Made by a program: the position numbers and the translations under genes
In this document: one piece after another, positions 12,235-23,583 of the stretch
Layout: every line of letters starts with the position of its first letter
Position numbering within the stretch: position 1 is the first letter of the stretch
The notes under the pieces: generated by a model
The model's input: the letters and a program-made list of their open reading frames with translations, nothing else
The model's database searches: none
What the model was told of the DNA's origin: nothing
NCBI GenBank assembly: GCA_973895155.1
Contig: OZ316894.1
Location: 11,067,874-11,131,873 of the forward strand
DNA length: 64,000 nt
Reading direction: 5' to 3'
DNA from: Marsupella aquatica
Lineage: Eukaryota > Plantae > Marchantiophyta

Positions 12235-15200
12235 TCACTGCAGACTAACACACTCTAATGGCCAGAGCACAAGAGATCCTACTGCATCTGCAATTATTTC
12301 TTGAGGTGGATCATCGTCTCTATTCGGAAATGGCAAATTACAATCAGATACAATCACTGTAGTCAACAACACTACTACATGGTCATCCGGGACCACTTTG
12401 CCATGGAATTTAGCATGATCCGGTCGCAAAATGCCTGTACCCACACATACCTGCGAGTCATTCTCCCATGATAGAAGATTATGGACTGGCTCTGCTGTGG
12501 CTATCACCTCCACCTTACCCTGGCTGTTTTTCTTGGCTTTCCTGGGTGGCTTATACATGACATTATTCATACCTTGGTTGCGAGTCATGACTTTGGCACG
12601 AGTGTTTTGTGCTGGTGATCGAGAATTGGCTACACTCTTCTTCAAAGAATCTGCATCCATATTTGACACTTCCGATTGTGTAGCAGGATTTCCCTGCGAC
12701 ATCATCTCAGTATCTGCTAACATTGTACTTGCTTCAATTGAAGCATCTACAATCTTACTTGCATCCAATGTTGCTCCCAAGTTTCGACGTCGCTTCACCC
12801 TGCTCCCACTTGGTTGAGAGTCTGTCAACTCTGCATCAACTACAATTCAATGCATTGTCCAACATAAGTGAATCACTCATCACATGTGCGCCATGTACAT
12901 GTCACCATCCACAAAGTTGTCACTATCTCCTTACCATTATGAACAGCCTTCTTCCCCTTCTTTGCCATTGCCATATCCTCCATGTCTGCTTCTGCTGATC
13001 AATAAACAGACCACAAGATTCAGGTTCAATCTATTAACCACTGAATTGTTTCTCAACAATGGTAGGAGAGGAATTTAAAGCATCAGCTTACCTGATACCT
13101 CCTTGGCTATGGTCACTGAGGCACTGGGCACATCTTTTTCATTGCTCTTTGAATCACCTGATACATCAATCATGATGTCACTTCAATTCCCAGTTTATCC
13201 AACCAATTCTTACAGAAAAGATTACCTCCAACCGGCTTAAGCTTCACAAAACTCCATGCACTTTTCAAATGTAATGTACTGGATCATAGCAGGTTACCTG
13301 TCTCAGCAACCTTTTTGCCATTCTGCTTACCGATTACAGGGTCCAGGTTCTCTGCCTCCACTCTTCCTGCATTCAAACCATTCACTCAATTCATGAAAAC
13401 TTACTTCTAACATTTGAACATAGGACACAATGAACAATGGGCCTCTCTTGTTTCAAAATCCTCATTGCATACCTGTGTCAGATTTGCCAATTCCCTTTTT
13501 TGTTAACAAGGGCACACTTTGTACAATGTTGCCCTCATTGTTTGGTTGGGAACCACCCAATTTTTCAATCACAAGCTTGAAATTAGATTCCACTGATGCA
13601 AGAAGGTTCGCTACAGATGCCTCCACAATATCCAAACGATCAGCCAATTTACTTTCCACTCGAGGGAGTCCACACTCTAATGACTTCAACCGTTCAGACA
13701 TCTTTGTGAGAGTTGTAACAGTTCCCTGTCATAACACAGTTTACATATCTCAGATAATTGTCCCCAAGAACTGGTTGCTTACTTCCTACTACAATTCTTT
13801 CTGATGCTCAAGGCCAAATAGTCACAGAACATATAGAATTACAACATAATCACCTGTTTGGAAGTCACACTTGTCACCTCACTCCTTTGTTTCATGAACT
13901 CCTCTCTCACTTCTTGTGCTGATGGTTCTTCACCTGTCAATTTCTTCTGCAGTCCACATCAACATACATATGAATGAAACCAAGTGTTGATTGTCAATGA
14001 AAATGTAATAATGGTAGCAAGATGATAAGTTTGAGGCTTACTATTAGGCATGTCACTGCCTTACCAATTGTTCTTTCACTGGAGCATAACTTCCTCTCCC
14101 AGCCTGTGAAAGGTGTTTCACTTTGCCTCGAGCATTTGACATCAGTTCACTCTTGCTCTGTCCAGCCTCCGACATGAACCCTTTGATTAACCGTGTCCAT
14201 TGATCCAGTTCCAATGATGGGGGTGGTGGCATTCTCCTGTTAGAACCATTGTCTATCCACATCCTTTTCAACCTATGCCTCTCTTGTTTCAAAATCCTCA
14301 TTGCATAATCTGATATGCAATCTTCAACTGGGCCCTTACCATCATTACCAACATAGTCCCACCGTTCAAGAATGTCCTTGCAGATAGCAGCCCAATCAGC
14401 TTTGTTCTGACTCCTAAACTCTGTAATGCTCAAATCTAACCAACGCAATACTTCTCCTCTTAGGTCAGAATGCCAACGGTTCTTACCATCACATGTGGGA
14501 GTTATCCAACCTTCGGAATTCACTTCTACTTTACCAAATTTGTTACTGTCTCCTGCCTTGGTACTCCCTGAAGCGCTACTAGGTGTCCCTCCACGGCCTG
14601 GTGTCCCCCCACGGCCTGGGGTCCCTCCACGGCCTGATCTCCCCCCACGGCCTGGATTGCATTGTCCAAACCTCCCTGGAGTCCCTGCACATTTACAGGA
14701 TCCATTTACAGTCACTTACATTAGGTAAGTATGAATCATAAATCCTGCTGCCAAATATACACTGGACTTCAGAGCAATTCTGCAATGACCAAGTTACCTC
14801 TCCCTTGGCGCATAGATGGTTCTGGACCACCTGTCCTATTGCTTTGTCTTGATGAATTAGGGCCGTTTCTCCCGCCTGTGAATGATTGCCGCCTATCTGA
14901 ACGTGGATGGCCTTTGTTGTTTTCGTGATTGTCCCAATCAGAGTCTGCATACCAACAGGTACATGCCACACTCATGGACCTGTAAGATAAACTCTTTGCC
15001 CTAGCTACACATCAGATAAGTCCATATTGAGCTAAATCTCTACTACCATCACAAAATCACTAGCACAAGGCACTTACTTGTCCAATCATCCTCCTCACCT
15101 GTCCATTGCCCTCTGTACCCGTCTCTACCACGCTCTGGGTGTTCATATTCATCCCATCCATCTTCTGCTCCATCATAGTCATCATCATAATTATCAGGCG

Positions 15201-15420
15201 TCCCTTGCCAATAACTCTGGCTCCTTCTAGGGTATGGATTATGTGATTTCTCTCTAGCTGCCCACCTACCTGGGACTTGATGAGGGCCCTGTGCATCCTG
15301 CACAGGTGCATTTTTCTGTGAGCCCCCTGCATCTGGGTCTCCATCCATATCCAATCTTTCCTCTTCACCCCACTCTCCAAGCCCCATGTCTGTCTCCATG
15401 TCATCACCCTCTTCCCCCAT
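12235..15420 (-). CDS. CACTA ORF2/TnpA-like multi-exon gene (exon boundaries approximate)
   Basis: Exon-like ORFs 15049-15420 (acidic), 14053-14715 (ERHRLKRMW...PPP...QWTRLIK...NARGK, Ptta/En/Spm-like), 13462-13701 (coiled-coil-like) and 12235-12828 (VGTG...FHGKVVPDDHVVV...VLWP). Confidence 0.7.
14582..14655 (-). repeat. 18-bp coding tandem repeat, about 4 copies (GGTPGR)
   Basis: TGTCCC(T/C)CCACGGCCTGG repeated within a TnpA-like exon. Confidence 0.85.
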
Positions 15421-15597
15421 AGCTTCTGCACAGCACCCACAACCAAACAGGGAGAATCAGCACACTAAATTCAAAGTATCAATCAATTTCATGCATATCC
15501 AACTATCCTAAACATCATTCCAGGCAGCAATTCCCGTTCTGTGACTCTGTGCAGGTAGTCATCCTCAACCTCATACTTGCCAATCGCCAGCTGTTGC

Positions 15598-18500
15598 CTA
15601 TTGCAAATCATCAACCTCATCATATTCCATTTGCCCAGGTTCATCATATGTCTCTCTCAATGTTAAGGGGATGTAGTCAGTCCCTGCCCGAGTTGGAAGT
15701 ACAGTCTCATGACTAGGATGCTCGAATGCAGCATGGTCATCCAAACTGAACTCTACTTTACTTCCATCCATCCGCCTGTTCCGTGCTTGGCTATGGCATA
15801 CCACCCTCCAGCCATGTGACTCCTCCACATCTGCAAAGAAAGCCTGTTCAACTTGGCTAGGGAAAACAAAAGGCTCAGACCATTCTGGTACTCTGGACCT
15901 AAAATTGGCCAACAAGAACCCATCATGATCACGCTTCATGGTGGCCCTTGGTCTCTGCCACTCTGATTTCACCCATGATCCCTTCATCAATATCACTGGG
16001 ACACTTGTGTTACCATAATTCAACACCCAAATGTCGGTCAACTCCCCCACGTAACCCATCTTCATCCACCCCCTCTGTTCTTCAGAGGTTCTCTGCTCAA
16101 ACACAGAAATCAAACCACAATCATATGATACACAATGGTCACCCTGCTCATCCCTCACTCGATAATGATTTCCATAAGCTCTCATCCGTTTGTAGGTCAG
16201 AATAGACAATCGTGGTGGCACAGATAGAAGATACAAATCCTTCTCCATATCTGGGTGATGTCTACTATGCTCTCGAATTGTCACCCGAATCCACTGCTCG
16301 AACTGTGGGAAGGGATCCTGCTGCCCAGAGTGTGCAGCTTTTTGCATATCATATTCCCTGCAATATGAGGTACAGGCATAGTTAGGTCTAAACAACACAT
16401 GACAACCTAAGATCACCCTTGGAACAGACAAGAAGCATCACAACAAAGGCAAGTCAATTCAATCACTCACCTCCACCATGGTTGCATAGGCTCTGTGTTT
16501 GCCAGCACATATGAATGAGCCTTGTCTCGAATCGCAACAGGCAGCTGAACAGCACGTCCCACACCTTCAACAACCTCGCCACTCACTCCATCATCTTCAC
16601 CAGATTTCCAAACTCTTGTCATAGCTTCACCAGACCCAGCCATGTACTCTGTTAGGAATCCCAACGTCTCATCCTTAATGTACCCCAATGCCATGGAAGC
16701 CTCTGGCCTGTAGTATGTTCTCACATGACCTTTCAACAACTTCATGTATCGCTCCATAGGGTACATCCATCTGGTACTGACTGGCCCATACTGCCCTAGC
16801 TCTTCTACCACATGGATTAGGAGATGAGTCATAACATCAAAGAAAGCAGGGGGGAAGTATATCTCCAAGTCACAGAGGACATAAGCAGCATCCTGCTTCA
16901 ACTGCTCCAATCCTTGGGGATCCCACACTTTCACACATATACGGCGAAATACATTGCACAGTCGAAGAATGACATTACGGACTGGTTTCTGCATGAGACC
17001 TCTGAGGCATAGGGGCAGAATGTGCTGCATCAACACATGGTAGTCATGTGTTTTCATACTGCCAAGTTTATTCTTTGTAATATGCTTCTTGAAGGCACCA
17101 GCATAGCCAGAGGGCACTTTCAGACAGCTCAATCTATACAAGAATGTCTTCCATTCATCCTGTGTGCACACATAGGGAGCTTGGAACTTGAGAAGTACAT
17201 TGGGATTGCTTGCATGGGGCTTCAACCAAAGGTGAGGGCGAATCCCCTTCTGTTGCATATCAGCTCGAACTGCTCCTGTATCTTTCTCACCCGACAAGAA
17301 CTTCAGCAAGCTCTCACAAATATTTTTCTCAATGTGCATGACGTCCACATTGTGTTTGCTGGGCTCGAATTCCTGCACTCCACAAAGCAAAGAATTCAAC
17401 AACAGAAACACTAATTAACCACATAGGAGGATTGTAACCAACATCAATCCACCATTGCTCCAATCTAAAATTGCAATCATACAGGGGCTGGAGGCTAAGT
17501 ACATTACCCTCCAGTACTCCAACTCCAAGTCCATCAAGGTCTGTCTTTTCACACCGTGTTTCACCACTGGATCCTCAGGTTCTCGATCAGTGGCACTTCT
17601 CTTGTCCCAATCAGCCTTCCTGGCTGCCCACCTCAGGACTTGCTCTCTGGTGACCCTCTGTGGTGGGCCACGAAGCTCTGTTTTGTTGTTGAAGTGTGCA
17701 ATTTGAGACCGTGTGTGCCTGTAAGGATGATCAACAGGCAGATACCTTCTATGCCCCTGAAATTTCATACTGTGCAGGGCATGCGACCACTCACTTGTCA
17801 CATTTTTCCCACATGGTGTGCACCCCACATAGCCCTTTGTCACTCGTCCAGATATGATGCCATGGCCTGGGTAATCTGCTATATCCAGCAAACAAATTGC
17901 ATGCAGTCTAAAGGGGCTGGGTCGAAGAAGCCCCTTCAGAACATCATGGGTTAACACCCCTTCTATCCACAAAGTCTTCCACTCTTCCATTGCTGGAGCC
18001 AACATGATATCTATGAATTGCTCGGTCACAGAAGCTGGTCCAGGGATTAACAGCACCATCATGACAAAAAACCTCTTTGTAGTCATCCATGGGGGAAGGT
18101 TGTAATTTAGCAGCGTAACCGGCCAACATGAATAACGGTTGTTTTTGTCTCCAAATGGGTTTACTCCATCCAGTGATAGACCAAATCGAAAGTTCCGCTT
18201 CTCTGCAGCAAACTGTGGCCACCTCTCATCAATAAATTTCCAATGGTTGGAATCTCCAATGTGACGCTGCAGGCCATCACTGCTCTTGTTATCAGGAGTC
18301 CATGTCATCAGCTTGGAAATGGCAGGGCATCTAAACAGACGTTGTAGTCTAGGAATGAGAGGAAAATGACGAAGAACCTTGGCAGGGTGTGTACATTTCC
18401 CTACATTCTTGTACCTGTGCTTACCACAATGAGGGCATGTCAATTTATCTGCATGCTCTTTGCAAAAGAGAACACACCCATCAGGGCATGCGTCAATAGA

Positions 18501-19298
18501 CACATAGTTCAGCCCAAGGTTAGACATCAATTTCCTAGCCTCGTACATATTTTTTGGAATTGAATTACCATCTGGTAACACATTTCGGCGCAGGAAGGTC
18601 AACAACTCTGTCACAAATATATTGGGAACATTGTGATTGCCACAGATGTTCAACAACAACACGACAAAACCCAGCTTGGAGCAGTTCGACCCCTCGTAGA
18701 TAGGAATGCAAGCTTCTTTGATGTGTTTTGGGCCCCCAAACACCCACTCCCTCTCTGCTGCACCTTCCCCAATGTCAAAGTCAGGTTCAGCTTGGCCGTC
18801 GCCAATGTGTGGCTGCGGTTCATTGTCCTCTTCTGATTCCACTGTGTCGTAAAAAGCATCAAGGTCTTCAAAAATCTCTTGAACCATTCTTGGGACATCC
18901 ATCCCACCGTCCTCAGTGACTGCCTCTGCATCTCCATCTTGGTCATCCACGTTCTCATGTTGGACCCCAGGACCATCCTCTACACAGTCTATGTCCTGCT
19001 CTACGTAGTCTCTACGCCTAGCTGTATTAGAATCCACAAAGTCAGCTCTCCACTCTTCATCAGAGGAGTCTTCTTCTGCTGGTACATTCCAAACCCTCCA
19101 CCGAGGGTGCCTTTCATGCCGCAGCAGGTGAAGGTGCACAGTGTTCAAACTCAATGACTTGAATCCTTGGCACTGTGTGCATGGGCATCTCATCCTCCTA
19201 CTCCTACCTTGGGCGGCCCGGGCTTGTTCACGCATCCACAATTTAGAATCATGATGCCTAATCCTAAATGGGTTGTGAAGAGGCAACCTTGGAGCCAT
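15598..19298 (-). CDS. CACTA transposase TnpD (three long exons, apparently uninterrupted)
   Basis: CPCTQC N-terminal domain; IDACPDGC; GLSLDGVNPF; DIADYPG; DVMHIEKN; WMYPMERY; EPFVFPSQVEQAFF; short GT..AG gaps near 17.4-17.5 kb and 16.4 kb. Confidence 0.92.
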
Positions 19299-19624
19299 CA
19301 CTATACACACGCACTCAGCACCCTGTCATTTTATTATGCAAGTGAAAAATACACTTCCTGTTAAGGATTTCACCCCTGACTGTACTTGCCAAAATACGTA
19401 ACGTTCCAAAAAAACAAAAAAACAAAAAATATAGGTGCCTGAGTCATGTACCTATTCTCAAGTGAATGAGACAAAATTCCTAAATGTTTGAGGATGTCAA
19501 CTCCTCCGCTGTCCTCACATGTACTGCCTCTGCACGTACATCCATGACCATATCAGAGTCCAATCATGTATAGTCATAGACACAGGTGCCAGGTGCGAGA
19601 CCGGTGTGAGATGTCCTCATCTTA

Positions 19625-20194
19625 CTACCACATCAAATACGGATACCAATCTTGTTGTCGATGCCACTCAGCCCTGAGGTACTCAAGCATGTACATTAAG
19701 TCATCAAGGTCTAAACCCTGCTCATGCCATGGTGGTCTTCGATCCGTGCCTACAAGCAGTGGCAGCAGTGCCCTCCATGGTGCACATGTTGCTACCAAGT
19801 CCCTCCACTGGGTACTAATTAGTCTATATTTGCAGATATCTTGTGCGCCAGACACCACAAGAACCCTCGGCCAGACATGTGTAAGAACTATATCATCTGC
19901 CAAATCAGGCAACAAGGAACCACCTACAGCATCGTGCTTGTCTAACTCATCTGCTGAAAAGTAAATGTCCTCTTCCGACTGTGCATCCTCATTCACCACA
20001 GCATTCACAACACATCCAAGGTCTGCAGGCATTATCTTGGATGGAGCTACACTCTGTCTGGTTACCAATCCACACAAGTAAGCCCAAGCAGTAGCCATGC
20101 ACGATGCAACCCGTAGGAGGACCCTACACAGGGCCTGACGGTCTGGAAGAGGCAGCATACCCACCAAAGTCTTCAGCCAAACAGAGCCCAGCAA
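19625..20194 (-). CDS. F-box-like protein (CACTA cargo)
   Basis: SLLPDLADDIVLTHVWPRV...YRLISTQWRDLV fits the F-box pattern LPxLxxDI...L.RVSxxW; start codon uncertain. Confidence 0.55.
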   Translation of the reverse strand: MLGSVWLKTLVGMLPLPDRQALCRVLLRVASCMATAWAYLCGLVTRQSVAPSKIMPADLGCVVNAVVNEDAQSEEDIYFSADELDKHDAVGGSLLPDLADDIVLTHVWPRVLVVSGAQDICKYRLISTQWRDLVATCAPWRALLPLLVGTDRRPPWHEQGLDLDDLMYMLEYLRAEWHRQQDWYPYLMW

Positions 20195-20334
20195 GTAGAT
20201 TCACAGTCACACCCCACGCAGCAGGAAACAACAATCACTTCAACTGCGACCAACCATGACAAGATGAGTTAGTTCAAGGATCACATTTATTACAAAATTG
20301 TGATTTATACAAAAATATGAGGGACTCCTACTCC

Positions 20335-21183
20335 TCACTCTCTCCCACCTTTGCTAAGCATACATCTCCGCTGAATCTTGGAGGGCCAGGCCTCAAAAAT
20401 ATCAAAGTCCCAAGCATTCTGTCGCTTCCCTCTAGCTGCTGATTCCAGAAGCCAATCAGGGGAAAGCACCCAAAGATTGTTGTTCATGACAAAATCACGC
20501 ACTGTTGTCTTAAAGAATTTTCTGCATATTTTCATGTATGACAGACCTACAACATGAGTGGAGGTTTCTGTTAGACTCTCCTCCACTGTCCCACCTAGCT
20601 CAACAACTATAGACTTGTACAGTCTGCACTTAGTCTCCCCAATTCCTTCTTCTGCAAATACCACACTGAACCCCTTCATAATGGTATTTCTCTCCTTGCC
20701 ATGCTCATTCAATATAGCATCTGCACGCATAGGATGGTGTCCTATGTTGACAACAGGTCCATATTGGACAGAAGCAAAGTTGGGTTTCTCTGCCGCTGCT
20801 TCATAGGCTTCCTTTTCAGCCAAAGCCTCTGCAGTGGCCTCCTCACTCTCCCACAACTCATATTGCTCAGTACTCTGTACACACCTATGCTTAACAGAAT
20901 CGGTCAGCCAAGAGACTTCAACTACTTTTAGACCTTGGTTGGTAATGGCAGAATCAATGAAGGACCATGACCACTTGTTCATCACATCCAGCCATGTCCC
21001 CGCAACAACATGTGTAGTCTGTGGAGTGATGTCCTTGACTTCAGTCCCATGGAACTCTGAGAATCGTTTTTGTACGATTGGCCAACTCACTTGGGTGAAC
21101 CCATAGTGGCCAGGAATCAAAATGGCTTTGATTCCAGCCAACAGAGGCGGGTGGTCAACATTTGTACGTTTCCTAGAGGCCAT
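20335..21183 (-). CDS. Tandem BRCT-domain protein (CACTA cargo)
   Basis: Two repeats with BRCT hallmarks: HG...TTHVV...VEVSWLTDSV and LGG...STHVV...LSPDWLLESA; basic N-terminus MASRKR. Confidence 0.8.
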   Translation of the reverse strand: MASRKRTNVDHPPLLAGIKAILIPGHYGFTQVSWPIVQKRFSEFHGTEVKDITPQTTHVVAGTWLDVMNKWSWSFIDSAITNQGLKVVEVSWLTDSVKHRCVQSTEQYELWESEEATAEALAEKEAYEAAAEKPNFASVQYGPVVNIGHHPMRADAILNEHGKERNTIMKGFSVVFAEEGIGETKCRLYKSIVVELGGTVEESLTETSTHVVGLSYMKICRKFFKTTVRDFVMNNNLWVLSPDWLLESAARGKRQNAWDFDIFEAWPSKIQRRCMLSKGGRE

Positions 21184-21783
21184 GTACACACGGGCCACCT
21201 AATCACTGCAGACCGGAAGATAATGCGTTCACCTGATAATCGGAGGGCCCTTAAAATGCTGCGTTTATAACTTGGTCCAGTCCAGTCGTCTGGTGAGTCT
21301 CTGCTCCGATTCCAAACGGGAGAAATATTGGGACAAACGTACTAGACACCTGCAAGCATGCACTTCATAGTTTGAATATGTGCCTTCACAATATTGAAGG
21401 TGACAAGTGCAATTGTTTTGTGATGCCACATACAGATGTTTCGTATGGGGGCAGACATTCAATGAGAATACAAAATGTTGGTACACTTTAAGGGAATTCT
21501 CGCAAATTAAATAGCCTTGTAACTTATATGCTCATAATGAGAAGTCCTGATTTAATTTAAGCAGTGTCATGTAAGTCGTGATCAAAATGATTGCAGAGTT
21601 AAAAAAGTTCCTAGAAGGCTTAAGGGGAGATTTTGAAGGCATGTACCCAGGAACAAGTAATGAACTTAGGGTACTTGTTGCCTAAGCATCCTCTCCTACA
21701 GAGGTCCTTCTTCTCAAAATTGGAATGTCTGCAATCTCCAAGGTATCCACATCAGGTGCACTATGCATGTACATTATTCAGGT

Positions 21784-22464
21784 TCAAAGCCAAGAAATGT
21801 GATCTCTCATGGGAGTGTGCAAAGTAGGATCTATGGCATGGCGATGACAATAGAAGATCCATCGATCAACACCATGTGCAGAGTGATCATAGATGTGTCT
21901 GTCACAAGCATAGCCTTCTGCTTGACGCTCCTTCAAACAATGAAAGTGCCACATGGTGGGACACCTAACACAGTGGACTATGTCCACCCAGAAATCTTCA
22001 TCGTGCTGACCACATGCCTTGCACTTATGAAGTGGGCAAGCTGTGGCAAGATCGGGCAAACATGAAAAACAAAAGAACCTCACACAATATCTGTCAGGGC
22101 ATTTCCTAACAAGTGGTGGAGCATCAACAGAGCCCTCATAAGACCCCAACTTCCCACACTGTGCACACTTAGCCTGCTTCTCCAAACAATCAGTGCACAT
22201 CCAGCCTCCTTGGTGTGCTGACGGGAGGCCCACCCCTGGACAGTTGTTTTCTGCAGCAAGGTCAGACTCCGGGTTGAGGTGGAAATGCCTCATGCAAGGG
22301 CCCTCACATATGGCTAAGTCACCACCATCATCACAAATGGCACAACAATGAGCTGCCTTCTGGAAAATCTGACTTGCGGAGAAGTTACTACCATCTGGCC
22401 CAACTACACCTGTGTTGCTCACCTCTGTCCCCCGCTTCTTGGCTCGGATTTTAGGGCGTGCCAT
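21784..22464 (-). CDS. EDM2/NSD-type multiple PHD-finger protein (CACTA cargo)
   Basis: CAICDDGGDLAICEGPCMRHFH...CTDC...CAQCGKLGS...CPLHKCKAC...CVRCPTMWHFHCL...IFYCHRHAIDPTLHTPMRDHI is collinear with the plant EDM2 PHD region as recalled. Confidence 0.85.
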   Translation of the reverse strand: MARPKIRAKKRGTEVSNTGVVGPDGSNFSASQIFQKAAHCCAICDDGGDLAICEGPCMRHFHLNPESDLAAENNCPGVGLPSAHQGGWMCTDCLEKQAKCAQCGKLGSYEGSVDAPPLVRKCPDRYCVRFFCFSCLPDLATACPLHKCKACGQHDEDFWVDIVHCVRCPTMWHFHCLKERQAEGYACDRHIYDHSAHGVDRWIFYCHRHAIDPTLHTPMRDHISWL

Positions 22465-23133
22465 GCCTACGCATGAGACAGATAGTACAATTTAGCAGAG
22501 TGCACAGACAATACAATTTAGTGCAGTGTACAAAAAGTACAGTATAGCATATAGACTAGAGTGGCAATTGCTACTGCAATGAAATGTTCACACACATGTG
22601 CAGAGTAGACATACTTTTTGGTTTGTTGAGCCCACACTAAAAACTGATCCCCTCGTACAATAGCTCCACCTACACCTCAATTTTGTGGCTATGATTCACC
22701 AAAGGAGATCTGCAACAAGATTTAATGCATTTGAATCACATATAACAGTCGTGACATGTAAAACAGGCATTTTTTGAACAGGATTGGTATCAAGCAGTGT
22801 GATCAGGGTTGTAATTTATACATCCTAAATAGGCTATGATAGTGAATGAGACAAATAAGTTAGGCATAAATCACTTTTTCCAGGTTATCACATGGCCCAT
22901 TAATTCCAGTCTTTGAAAGGAGACTTTTAAGTGAGCTTGCTAGCCTCTTAAATTAGGATATTGTACTTAGTGCAGCCATAATAGGATAAGTTATGTACTG
23001 TTGACCCTAAACCCTGGACCCAAAATTGGTCATAATTCAAAATCTTAAGTAAATATCCTCTCTGTTCAAGTCAAAGTGTTAAGTTATAGGTCAATGGTCT
23101 CTGGTTTGTGCATGCGGTGTGACAAGTGGTCCT

Positions 23134-23583
23134 CTAGAGCGTGTGATCCAAACATGTGTAGACACCAAAGTGACCGGTGGTGGGGTCTGGGAGGGCAGGA
23201 CAAGTGACATTGCCAGGCACACTGCAGGATGGCGAGTGGTTCCAGATGATACATTGTGCTCTGTGAAAAAACCGACATCCAAGAGAACGGTCATCCAACT
23301 CTAGGCCAGAAGCCCTACAGGCAGGACAGTCATATTGGCAACTGTGCACACACCCTTGGGCCCTAATTTGTGGCGGGTCATGTACAAGAGACAGAAATAC
23401 CAAGGATGTTGGGAAGGGTGGAGAAGCAGGTACAGGCCGACTGTAGTTGTTCCTGGCAACAACTGGGTACTCAAAGTACCATGCAGACTGGGCTGGAAGG
23501 ATCCCAAGTCTGACATACTCAAGGCGCAACATCTCTGCCTTGCGTGCAAGCCGCACATGTTCAGCGTTGCGGGTCCTCACCAT
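23134..23583 (-). CDS. Hypothetical Cys/His-rich protein (possible CACTA cargo)
   Basis: 149-aa ORF on the same strand as the other cargo ORFs, with CVHSC, CPAC and other Cys residues; no family recognised. Confidence 0.35.
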   Translation of the reverse strand: MVRTRNAEHVRLARKAEMLRLEYVRLGILPAQSAWYFEYPVVARNNYSRPVPASPPFPTSLVFLSLVHDPPQIRAQGCVHSCQYDCPACRASGLELDDRSLGCRFFHRAQCIIWNHSPSCSVPGNVTCPALPDPTTGHFGVYTCLDHTL

